Shown: piece by piece, positions 37,808 to 49,059 of the stretch
How the letters are laid out: every line of letters starts with the position of its first letter
Numbering within the stretch: the first letter of the stretch is position 1
Assembly: GCF_030144855.1 (NCBI RefSeq)
Contig: NW_026780455.1
Location: forward strand, 496,001 to 560,000
Length of the DNA stretch: 64,000 bases
Direction: 5' to 3'
Origin: Hypanus sabinus
Lineage: Eukaryota
The notes under the pieces: generated by a model
Told to the model about the DNA's origin: nothing
Seen by the model: the letters and a program-made list of their open reading frames with translations, nothing else
Databases searched by the model: none
Position numbers and translations under genes: made by a program

Positions 37808-38324
37808 TGAACGTGGTGACAATCGTCATTCTGTCGCGGGGAAAGTGCGGTCTCTCCAAAGGTGTCACAAGTTACCTGGTTGCCATAGTAGCAGCGGATC
37901 AGCTGGTCGTTCTCTTCGATCTGCTATTGAGCAAGATTCCGATGATTTACATGCCATGGAAGGTTTTCGACTGGAGTTTAAGTGTTCCCGTGAATAATAT
38001 TCCCGCCGTCATACTCTATGCTGCCACCGCAGGCAATCCCTCCTGTTACTGCTGGTGATGTCGGGGAATTTCATGCTGCTGTGGGCGCTGCTGACTGTGT
38101 ATTCCGTATGGGAAAGCCTGTATATTTATTTTAAACCTAAACCCCCGAATACTCTGCTGGAACTGGGCTACATTTTTCAGCTGCTGAGCTCTTGCACAAA
38201 CACGGCCCTTTACGCCGTGGCCCAGTCCAGGTTCCGGCTGCAGTTCAAGGAGACGATGAAATCTCCCCTTCGTCTAATGACAATGTTCTCTCGTCGTTGT
38301 CAGCAGAGCATTAATCCTCAGTGA
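37808..38324 (+). pseudogene. GPR139/142-like GPCR copy C, exon 2, with an ~406-nt deletion (TM3 to ICL3) and frameshift
   Basis: cacag|tgaac VNVVTIVILSRGKCG..YAAT joined directly to ..ccgcaggcaatccc (NRRQS region) at ~38027; 517 nt versus 923 nt. Confidence 0.92.
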
Positions 38325-39009
38325 CGGCCCAAAATCTCCCATTTCGTCAGTGACATATGCAGTTCCATTGGGGCTGTGGGCGTCCCTGAATAGCTCCCGT
38401 CCTCCACCCTTCTGTGCACAAACAGGATCAAGGAGTTCCCCAGTCTGCCTCCACTCTGCTCCTTCCAGTCTACTTTCTTCCAGTCCCCTGTAATGACTCC
38501 CTCTGGTCAACCAAGTGGGTGATTCTTCCCTTATTTACAGGCGAAGCCTTGCCATCACCATCGCAATACGACACTTCTGTCCTGCCGGTCTTCCGTGTGT
38601 TCCGATTGCCTGCTCAGGTACGCCCGATGTAGTTCCATCTCTTTCCACAGGGGAGGGCTATTGGTTCCTAGAGCGCCTGTCTTTGAGCCGTTCAGGAAGG
38701 CTGGTTCCTGTGAACAGACTGCAGTCCCGCTTGCAGCGGATTTCTTTGGAGATCTGACTGACACCTAGAGAATAAGTTAAAAACTCGCACTCGTAAACGG
38801 ATCATTCAGTCGTTGGACCCTAGTATCAATCCCCATCGCAAAGCATATTGGAAATTAAAGAAATTCTAGCACTCCCTCCACCTGGCCCTAGCTACAAGAA
38901 ACAGAAAAGATTCCTACTTTCAAATGCTGCTCATAGACTTCAGTTCAGCATTCAACACAATCATCCCTCAGAAATTGATTTGAAATCTGAACCTACTGGG
39001 CCTGAACAC

Positions 39010-40000
39010 CTCCTTCTGCAACTGTATCATAGACTTATAGACTTCCTGACTGGGAGAGCTCAGTCAGTCGGAATCGGACGCAGCACCTCCAACACTGTTA
39101 CACTGACCAAGAAGGCCCCACAAGGCTGTGTTCTCAATCCACTGCTGTTCACTCTGCTGACCCACGGCGGTGCTGCAACACACAGTTCGAACAACATCAG
39201 CAGGAACGACGACTCAGCCTACAGAGAAGGAGGTGCAGCGTCAATCGGGCGGATGCAGAGCCAACAACCAGAACAAAACAAATGAGATAGTTGTTAACTT
39301 CAGGAGGGCATGGACTGACCACTCTCTGTGGAACATCGACGGTTCCTCGGCAGAGATCGTTAAGAGCATCAAATTTCTTTGAGATCAATTGGCGGAGAAT
39401 CTTACCTGGTCGCTCACCACCAGCTCCAGAGCAAAGAAAGCCCAGCAGAGTCTCTACTTTCTTCGAAGGCTGAGGCAAGACAATCGTCCTCCCCCATCCG
39501 CATCACATTCAACAGGGGTTGTATTGAGAACATCGTGAGCAGCTGCATCACTGCCTTGTTCAGAAATTGCACCATCTCGTATCGTAAGACACTGCAGCAG
39601 ACTGTGAGGTCAGCTCAGAATATCATCGGGGTCTCTCTTCCCGCAATTACAGACATTTACACCACACGCTGTATCCGCAAAGGAAACAACATTATGAAGG
39701 ACCACACGCATCTCTCATGCAAACTCTTCTCTCTTCAGTCATCTGGCAAAAGGCAAAGAAGCATTCGTTCTCTCACGACCAGACTATGTAACAGTTTCTT
39801 CTCGAAAGCCATCAGACTCTTCAATACCCAGAGTCTGGACTGACACCAGCTTACTGCTCTCTACTGTGCCTATTGTCCTGTTTATTATTTATTGTAATGC
39901 CTGCACTGTTTTGTGCACTTTATGCAGTCCTGGGAGGGTTTGTAGTCTCGTGTAGTTTTTGTGTTGTTTAACATAATTCATTGTAGTTTTTTGTATTGTA
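39010..40000 (+). mobile_element. Rex1/Babar LINE 3' portion (RT C-terminus and 3' UTR)
   Basis: APQGCVLNPLLFTLLTH, AQQSLYFLRRLR, CIENIVSSCITALFRNC..TTRLCNSFFSKAIRLFN. Confidence 0.85.
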
Positions 40001-41435
40001 TCATGTAGACCATTGTACTGAAAATGGACGGGGCTCATAAACACTCTTACAAACGACACAAATGGGATGGAGTTGTCGATGTTCAGGGAGCTTGGTAAAT
40101 GTCCAATTAGAAATCTGGCCGGAGAAACGATAAATGTGTGATAGAAATGCGACAGTTCGGTCTCGAGCGATAGAGAAATACGAAAGTAGGAAATACTTTT
40201 TTAGGAATATAGGGAAAATTAAGAGAACACAGTATGGTTTATGCTGTTAATTAAAGAATACTCAGCTCGGTCTCGTTACGTAGACACAAACCTGGGGATA
40301 GTACCTCTTACGTGCACGCAACGATGTCAATGTTTCAGCAGCAATAGAACACACCCGAAGTCTGGTTTTGCTGTTTACAATCACTATTTTATTACTAACT
40401 GCGTAAACCAAGTAAAGCAAGTGTTGTCAGTATTATGCATCTATGTGTGTGTAAAAACATAAAGTTCCCAAAGTTATTCAAGCTCGGATGGCAAGCGTTA
40501 CCGTCTAAAGATGGAATGTAAGAAATTTCTGTTCAGTTCAAATGTACAGAATTTAAAGTGAGAAAGAGTTATTTGTTATCCAAACAAACAGGTGTTGTCG
40601 GTCTTCCCGTTGTCCTCGGAATCCTCACACGAAACATCACTAACAGAAGCTTAAAACAAGGGGCGGTGGGCATCTTCAAAGGAACCACCACCCCGGTAGG
40701 GTCGACACACCGGTAGATTCCACAAGGTTACTCCAATCACACACAACGTGATAGCCACTTACCCAGTTCCACGACCTACGAAAAAATTCCAACAATGATT
40801 TGCCACAGGGATTTTCATTAGTGAAGAAGCACACCCAGAGAAAGGGTAGAAAAAAAACACGTGTTTTCGAGGTTTTCCCTTCAACAGAGAACCCACTACC
40901 GCGTGGGTACCATACTTTGGTATCTGAATGGAAAGAAACTCACCCCCACGGGCTACTTGGAGACACAGTACAAACCTTGACCTTTGTGTAAATAAGTTTC
41001 TTCTATTTCAAAACTTTCCCTCCTCTCAATTCTGCAAACTTCTTCCCGTTCCAGCAACTTGTAAAAGTCATTATTCAATACTCTGGATCTGAAATTTTAA
41101 GCAAGCGGCCGACTCATTGGAGTCTTCCGTTGACCGAGTCCATCTTGACTCTAATTGTGTATCTCTGTGTCCTTGTATATTCAAAACAAGCCGCGGAATA
41201 AAATGTAAACATTAATTGTCCATCAAAGAGCGTCACCTTTCTCAGCAGAGCAACAGAGCAATTCAACAGTATCGAAAGGTCATTGCTTCGGCCTGTTTAA
41301 GTGACAGTCCACAGAAATAAAATAACCCTGGGTTTGTAAAACAATCGAAACACCGGTTCGTGGACATGTAATTCAATAATTCTTAAGCTTGAGTCACTCA
41401 TCTGCAAACAAAAAAAAACGTAGAATTGAATGCCG

Positions 41436-41449
41436 CCAGTAGGTGGCAG
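41436..41449 (+). promoter_or_regulatory. CTCF motif, unit C 3' flank
   Basis: ccagtaggtggcag, perfect match to CCASYAGRKGGCRS. Confidence 0.6.
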
Positions 41450-42049
41450 AGTCTGATGGAAAGATTGATGTTCCAATTCACAATTCGCATTTTAATCACA
41501 ACGAATCACAACAGTCCATAGTTAATGTCAGAAAGTGAGTCCTTCCGGGCTTTGAGATATATATCCGACTCGGATGTCTGGAAATAGGCTGATGAGTAAT
41601 TTTGCAGAAGACAAGATAAACATTTATTTACAAAGATACGCAATTGGCCGGTCAATTTTCATGCGCTGGTTTTAAATTCACTCTGAACGGCAAGGCGTTT
41701 CCAGAGCGAGTCGTGTGTACAAGGGTTGCACTACCTGGTGTGGTGATCGAGGAACAAGGACATGTCGCCTTTAAAAGAAGCCGACACTGACATGTGCCTC
41801 TGAGGAAAATCGAAGGATATGCTCATTTTACCAGCAGAAAGAATTAGTTAGAATTTATGGAAAAATAATAAATCTACAACATATTAAATGAACTTCGGAC
41901 CACAGTGCGGTGCCAAGCATCTACTTACCTTATTAATTACCTAGTGTTACCGATAGACCTCTGTTTGTTAAAGCTCCATGTCACAATCCAGTAGTCTCCT
42001 AAAAGACCCGATAGTATCCGCCTGCACCACTGTCATCGATATCCTTTTA

Positions 42050-44200
42050 GACACATTCACCAATCTCTGAGCGGAAAACGTAACCTGACATCTCCACTGT
42101 ACCTCCTTTCAAAAGTTTAAAGCGGTGGCTTCTGGGGATAATCATTTAAACCCCGGGATAAAGCCTCTGACTATTCATTTGATCAATACTTCTCAGCAGT
42201 TTATACAGATCTGTATGGTGACCACTCATCGTCCGTCTCTCCAAGGAGAAAAGACCTATTCTCTAAAGGCATGCCCCCGCCCCCCACAATCCAGGCAATA
42301 TATTTGTAAATCTGCTCTACACCCTTTATATGTTTTCCACATCCTTCTTGCAGTGAGGTGACCAGATGTGAGCACAATACACTGAGTGGACTCTGACCAG
42401 GATCCTCTTTTGATGCAACGATACCTCTCGCCTCTTAAACACAATCCCGCGATTGATGAAGGCCAGTGCACCGTATGCCTTCTTAACCACAGAGTCAACG
42501 AGCGCAGCTGATTTGAGCTTCCTATGGACTTGGACCCCAGGATGACTCTGAACCTCAACACTGCCAAGAGTCTTGCCAATATTACTATATTCTGCCATTG
42601 TATTTGACCTACAAAAAATGAACAACTTCACACGTACTTGGGTTGAACTCCATCTGCGAATTCTCTGCCCTGTTTCCATCCTATCAATGTCCAACAGTCA
42701 CCACGGACAGCCCTTCACAAAATTGCAACTTTTCCATTCCCAAATTGATTATGCAAAAATCATCGTCAGAGGCTCAGTAATCTGCACCCTCGCGTCCCGC
42801 AGTTACCTGGGGTACATCTCGTCCGGTCCCGGTGACTTATCCTACTTGATGCTTTCCAAAAGCTCCAGCACTTCCTGTTATAAAGATGTAGTTGCTCAAT
42901 CATTTCAGTTTGCTGCAAGTCATCACTACAGTCACCAAGATCCTTTTCCATAGTGAATACTGAAATAAATAATTCATTACGTATTTCTGGCTATTTCCTC
43001 CGGTTCCATACACAGTTTCCCACTGTCACAAGCGATAGGTCCTATTCGTAACGAATCTCCACCCACAAAGGCTCCAAAACAATTCCACCGTGACGTCCAC
43101 CTTTTCTGCAGCCGTGACACTCTTTCTGATCAACAGTGCCACGGCCCCTCCACTTTTCCTTCCTCACTGTCCCGAAGGCCACTACATCATAAGAACTTAA
43201 GACAAAGTAGCAGGTCGGCCGTTCTGACTATTGGGACTGCCCCGCCATTTCTTCATGAGCTGATCCAATCTCTCCTTTAGTCCCATTCACCCGCCTTCTC
43301 ACAATAACCTTTGATGCCCTGTAGTCCCTGTAAAGGCGACCACATCACAGCTCCATGTGCAGATCCACAGTCTAAGCTCATACACTTTGGTAACAATACT
43401 CCGTGTGTTAAAATAGACACATCTCAAAGCGTCGGCCTGAGCACGTCCCATCTCTTTCACATGTCTACCCTCCCTCTCCCACTGTGGATAAGGTTTCACG
43501 AATTGTGTGCAAACCTCCTCTTCTTCATTCTCTTCTGTTCTGTTTCCCCCCCCCCCCAACAATTCTAATTTAAAGTCTTCCCAGTAGACTTAGCAAACCT
43601 CCCCGCCAGGATATTCGACCTTCCGGGATTCAGCTGCAACCCGTCCTTTTGTACAGGTCACACCTGCCCCAAAAGAGGTCCCAATGGTCCAGAAATCTGA
43701 AAGCGTGTTCCCGCTAAATATAGAGACCCCATCACTAATGCTTTCCTCTTCCTTTCCCTACCCGTCTGAACCACAGCGCCGGACTTTGTGACAGATGCCA
43801 CAGCTACAGATGCTTCCCCCAGGAAGGCAGTTCCCTCCCAGTCCAAAATAACAATATTCAATCAGGGGTCTTTTTGTCAAGAGGTTCCACAACAGGGGTG
43901 CTCCCTAGTACCTTACACTTCCCCTTCCCCCTCCTGATTGTTGTCCCGGTGTGACCACCTCCCTATAAATCCTTTCTATGGCCTCCTCGCTCACCCCGAC
44001 CATACGAAGATCATCGAGCAGCAGCTCGACACACCGGTCCAGATATGTCCGTCCGGGTGGATGGGCGACTCCAGGACATCCCACATCTGACACCGAGCAC
44101 ATACAACCGTACTCACACTCATAGATCCATTCCGCAACTATCACCAGCAAGCCTACCTCACCGTTGCAGACTGTCTGATTGTAGAATGTTGCGGCCATCA
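42050..44200 (-). mobile_element. Fragmented CR1 LINE (ORF1 zinc-finger/coiled-coil part, start of ORF2, RT pieces)
   Basis: CSVSDVGCPG..LDRCVELLLDDLR..IERIYREVVTP; RCVYFNTRSIVTKV; KKAYGALAFINRGI. Confidence 0.8.
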
Positions 44201-44599
44201 CTGAATCGATGCTGAAGTTTGGTTGCAGTTCGGATTTAAATGTCCAAGGCTACACGTTACATCGGAGGAATTTGAATGACTGTAGATTGGATGGCGTGGC
44301 TGTGCAGGTGAAGAATGGCATCAGCTCAGTATAAAAGATGTGACGCAGGATCGTAAGCTGTGGAATCATTGTGGCTTGTGTTAAGAAACCGACAAGCGAA
44401 AAGGATCCTCATTGGAGGTATATGCAGGCCTCCCGACAGAGCTGGAATACAGACCACAGTTGTCAACGGGAAAAATGTGGTCGATGTCATGATAACCATG
44501 GGCTGTTCAACGTGCATCTCGATTGAGGCGGTTTGTTTTTACAGCTTGTCTTTAAGCTGACTTGTGGATCAGCTGTACTGGACTGGGTGGTAAGAAATG

Positions 44600-46375
44600 A
44601 ATTGGAAATGATTAGGTAGTTTAAGGTAAACGAACCTTTAGGCAGCTGTGTTCACAATTTAGTTGAGATCAAAAATATAAATTGGGAAATCTGAAGTCCT
44701 ACGCAGCAGTATTTTAGCTGCATAAGATAAATTACAGTAATATCAGCAAGGTCTTTCCAAAATGAAAATGGAAGGAGACACTGTCAGGATTGTCTGCAGG
44801 GCAGAAATGCGGTGAGTCTTTGGTAAAGCAGAGGAAAGTGCAGGATTCATGCTTTCTGAAAACAAACCAATAAATACTCAAATGACGAATTAGCACGATC
44901 GTGGCAAAACGTAAACGCAAAAGTTAAGGCGTATAATCTGTGTCGTGTTTTATAAGGCAGAGATTTCTTGATTTTTTGAATAAGCAAATGTGTAATGGGA
45001 AGCCAGCTGGGGGAGCCACGGAGAGAAAACAAGGCATGTGCGTCCTGTTCGAGTTGACAGAAAGACTAAGAGGACACAATGTGACCTGTGATAACTTGTT
45101 CACATCTCAGGAACTAGGTCAGCACTCCTGAAGAAGAAATTCACAATGGTGGGCACTGTGAGGGGGGACAAGCCTGAGCTGCTACCTGCTGTGTTTGCAA
45201 CAAGGAGGAGAGACATATTGTCTTCCAAGTTTGCTTTCACCCATGACACCTCAGTTGTCTCGTACATGCAAAAGAAGAACAGGAATGTCATCATTATGAG
45301 CACATTACATCACGTTGCAGAGATCAGCGCTCAGGAGGACAGAAAACCAGCCATCATCCTTGACTACAATGCCAACAAAGGAGAAGTGGACAACGTTGAC
45401 AAAGTAACAGGTACATACAGCTGCAAACAGAGAACAGCCCGCTTCCCTCTCGCCATATTCCATAATATCATTGACATATCGACCTACAACCCCTTTCTCA
45501 TACGGAGTGGGCTGACCCCTACCTGGAGGGCAAGCAAAATGAACAGTAGGAGGTTATTTCTGGATGATTTTGTTAAGACTACTTTTACACAAAGGCGACA
45601 CCACTTTCCCCGACCTGTCGCCTCAGCAGCACTGGTAAGGGCAGTGTGACGATCTGAACCTGACCCTGATCAACAACAAGTCCCACAAGAATCCAACACA
45701 AGGGGGCAGAACAGAACGAGATGTAACGGTTGCTCTGCAGAAAAGGACGGTAAAGCACCGAGAACTTGCTGCAGATGTGGGAAACACATATGCAAGGGCC
45801 ACACATGCACGGTTTTCTACACTGCTTTGAATGCGAAGACTAGTTTTCAGATAGCAATTTTTTTGTATTGTTTGTTGGTTAAATGTTAGTCGTTCATGGT
45901 GACTTAATAGTTAATAGTTACAATTATATAGTAGTTATGACGATACTCTACGATAGAACAGTGAGGACATGTTTGATGGTGGTAGTGATTATAAATGGTT
46001 ATATAATAAAAGTCCAGAGTTGCAGAATGTTCTTGCCATTTCCATTTGCAGTTTCATCAAGTATATTTGTATCATTATGGCAGTTATGTTTTCATGTCTT
46101 AGGTAAAATAGGGATGATATTGAGTGATAGTAGATGCTTTTTCTCCATTAAAGAATTTTAGTTTTTTTCTCCAAAAACCACTCACCCTGCTCTCTGAAGC
46201 ATTTATTGGGGATGAATCACCAATTTAATAATGTCAGATACGCTATTTATGCATTCTACAAATATCTGTATTTCACAATTTGGTATAGACACTTGTTATG
46301 AGGGGATTCTTGGGCCTGGTCAAACTTGAACCAGACCATACTGTGAAGCTATAGAATAGGAACAGTGTGTAAGGG
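44600..46375 (+). mobile_element. piggyBac (PGBD4-like) copy 2; right end intact, left end not seen
   Basis: VTCDNLFTS, MVGTVRGDKPEL..DYNANKGEVDNVD..; C-terminal cysteine-rich domain RCNGC..TCCRCGKHICKGH; right TIR gaacagtgtgtaaggg+TTAA (46376-46379). Confidence 0.9.
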
Positions 46376-46379
46376 TTAA

Positions 46380-46810
46380 TTCAGCATATTGTAGTATTTG
46401 GAAAGCATTGGTTTCTGTATGCTTTGTGTGCTTGTAATGGCTGTATCTGTTGAATAAGTTGTTGTTCTTCTTTGGCTGTCGTCTGTTACTATATCCGGAC
46501 GGTTATTATAGATTGTCCCGTCTGTAATTACTGCTCGGTAGTCATATAATTTGTTCCAATATGGCTCTTCCATTTATAGCTTCCTATCCCTTTGTACGTC
46601 AATGATTTGGATGAAAAATTTGATAGCTTTATGGAGATCAGCCATTTCCAGCTCCAGCTCCTTCACGCGGATTGTACTTGTTGTGTCCTTTCTGTATCTC
46701 AGCAGCTGGTGAAACATCATGTCCAGGCATAGCCATTCACGCTCATTTCTCATTTGCTCGGAACTTTCGGACCATCCTGGTGGTGTTTACTATTGTGGCC
46801 TACTGAAGAT
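46380..46810 (-). mobile_element. R4/Dong RLE fragment (duplicate of 33537-33860)
   Basis: NNRPDIVTDDSQRRTTTYSTDTAIT..KY. Confidence 0.75.
46579..46675 (+). repeat. 97-bp exact direct duplicate of 46892-46988
   Basis: gcttcctatccctttgtacg...cttcacgcggattgt identical in both places, 313 bp apart. Confidence 0.95.
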
Positions 46811-47709
46811 GTCCATGAATATTACTGCTCAGGTTCTTTACTGATTGGACGGCGTGATCAGTGGAGTTCCGCATCAATCGGTGTTGCGACCGCTTCCTAT
46901 CCCTTTGTACGTCAATGATTTGGATGAAAAATTTGATAGCTTTATGGAGATCAGCCATTTCCAGCTCCAGCTCCTTCACGCGGATTGTCAGATGCTGCAG
47001 CTGAACGCAGCTCTCGCAGCTGTCATCGTCAGGGTTACTGGAGTTCTCTATGTCTTCCCAGATCCCGCAAGCGGTGCACTCAACTATCCTGCCTGGTATT
47101 TCTGTTATCCCATCTGCTCAGACGTAAAGAAGGAAAGGGAAGAAACAATCTTAGCCCAGTTCTTTTCTTTGCCTACTTTGAGTGAAGCCTCTATGAGCTG
47201 ACACCTCGGCGAGCAGAAGCCTGAAGATCACTTGCTGGCCGTCCATTCAGACGACGGCTATTGCACTTAAGTCGACTTCCTCACCCGTATCAACGACAAA
47301 CACCGCCTGGTCGCGGTCAAAGCTGGTTTTCACTGGAAGGACCCGCTGTCGACTTTAATACCGTGCTTCGTGAAGTCCTCTCCTCCCAAATCACTCGACG
47401 TCCCGATTGGTCACTGGTCAAAGCTATTTATCGGACAATTATAATTGTGAAATTATCTAACTCGGTAGTATTTACTATCTACCTATCCAACTATAATTTT
47501 AATAGGTATCTATGCAATAATAACATTAATCAGTTTCTGTCATAATTGTTAATAATTTTATTTTTTTATTTGCTGATTGTACCTTCCTTTCCAGACTGCT
47601 TTTATGTCAGTGTCACAGCCGACCTCTGGTATTATTGGATAGAGTTCCAATCTGCTGTTGTATTAATACTCTGACTGTCTACAAATAAAGGGTTAACTGC
47701 ACCTGCCAT

Positions 47710-47800
47710 TCCACAGAACCTAATTAAGGGAGTGTCCGTGGGGATTGTCGACGTCATCGCGGTGGTGTGGCTGCTGGTTACCTGTTCTATTAATATGTAA
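47710..47800 (+). promoter_or_regulatory. Promoter cassette of GPCR copy D
   Basis: TAATTA 47721-47726, tccgtgggga 47735-47744, cgacgtca 47749-47756, ctattaatat. Confidence 0.55.
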
Positions 47801-47917
47801 ACCATACAACGACAGGTTTAGTGAGAGCTGCCACAATCCGGTATCAGAGACCAGCGGGCTCCAGATAGTGAAACGACAAAGGCTGGATCGTAAACAGTGA
47901 CCTGGACTTTCCAAGCA

Positions 47918-48098
47918 ATGGATCGTAATCTACGAGATGCAACGCACAATGCTGCGGGCATTGCGAAGAATATCTTATGGGCGTATCAACTCCTAGTTGA
48001 AAATTATGAAATACTGAGGTTGGATTTTCGTATCACATATGTTCTGAGCATTTTCCAACTGGTTTACTACCCTGTAATCGCCATTGTAACAGTTCCTG
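47918..48098 (+). pseudogene. GPR139/142-like GPCR copy D, exon 1; splice donor mutated (G|ttaagt)
   Basis: MDRNLRDATHNAAG...VYYPVIAIVTVP; 181 nt; TT instead of GT at 48099-48100. Confidence 0.85.
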
Positions 48099-48150
48099 TT
48101 AAGTGTAATCGTCTCTTCCTCTTGTTTAACGATGAAAAAATAAGTCAGCC

Positions 48151-49037
48151 AATACTTTTCAAGATTCGGACGTTCACAACATATGAATTAATAAAGCTTC
48201 GCCATTATTGCATCTGACACAATCTGCTCTATGTACCACCTTAAATTGTATGAGGGAATGACGAGCACATAACGATGAGATATTAACCAGTTTAAGTTTT
48301 TCATTCCAAGTTTCCTCAGATATTTGAAGTCTGTAAATGCTGATCCCAGAGATTCTTAAGTTGGTCTAAAGGAACATTCCTCGCCTCCAGTAACACACCA
48401 TAAATGTTAGATATTGAACCATCTTGAAAAGGTGTCAAACTAACATTTACGTTTTAAGCCGATCCCTGTGACGGCCCTATTCGGTATTGTTGCCGGAGAA
48501 GATATTATGCTGAAGGCATCTGATTTACACATTTTATCCTTTAGCTCTCCATCAGCTCGGAGTACGCTTGTTTTTAAATGGAAAGATGATTTTTTTTTCC
48601 TGCTCCTCATGCTCAATGGTTTTACGACGTTATGTTATTTTTGAATTTAGAGAAAATTTGTGGTTCAATTTCTGAATCTCGTCAAGACTGTCAAACATTG
48701 TTTGGACCAGTACAGATTTTTTCTAAACATTCAATCGTCTTGTTAAACCCAGATGTTGGCTATTAATAATTTTTATTTTATGACAAGGCAATTTTACCTT
48801 CTTTTGTCCTTATGAACAGCTTCTGCCTTGATAAGGTTTGAATTGTTTTATTTTCTCTATGAAATTAGTATAGTTTAATGTTGCTATTGATTAACTTATA
48901 TGAATACGGGTAATGAGATTGATATTATTATGTAATTAGTACCTTTAATCTTTTTTTTTACTTTTTACATACATTTTCTTCTATTCTGTGCTCTTCTATG
49001 TAGAAACTAATAAAAATATAGGGAAAGAAAAAAAAAA
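48151..49037 (+). mobile_element. 5'-truncated, 5'-inverted L1/Tx1-clade insertion in the intron of copy D
   Basis: 48151-~48430 reads on minus SSLCARHSLIQFKVVHRA..CVRC..HML; ~48431-49037 reads on plus FKPIPVTALFGI..QWFYDVMLFLNLEKI, then aataaa (49009) and poly(A); the intron sequence of the sister copies resumes after the A tail. Confidence 0.85.
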
Positions 49038-49059
49038 TATATACAAGCCGCCTTTTCTT

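Noticed and set aside
38020-38030. Idea that the copy C deletion was RAG-mediated (cacggac near the breakpoint resembles the V heptamer)
   Set aside because: The CAC is retained at the junction and there is no nonamer; microhomology explains it more simply
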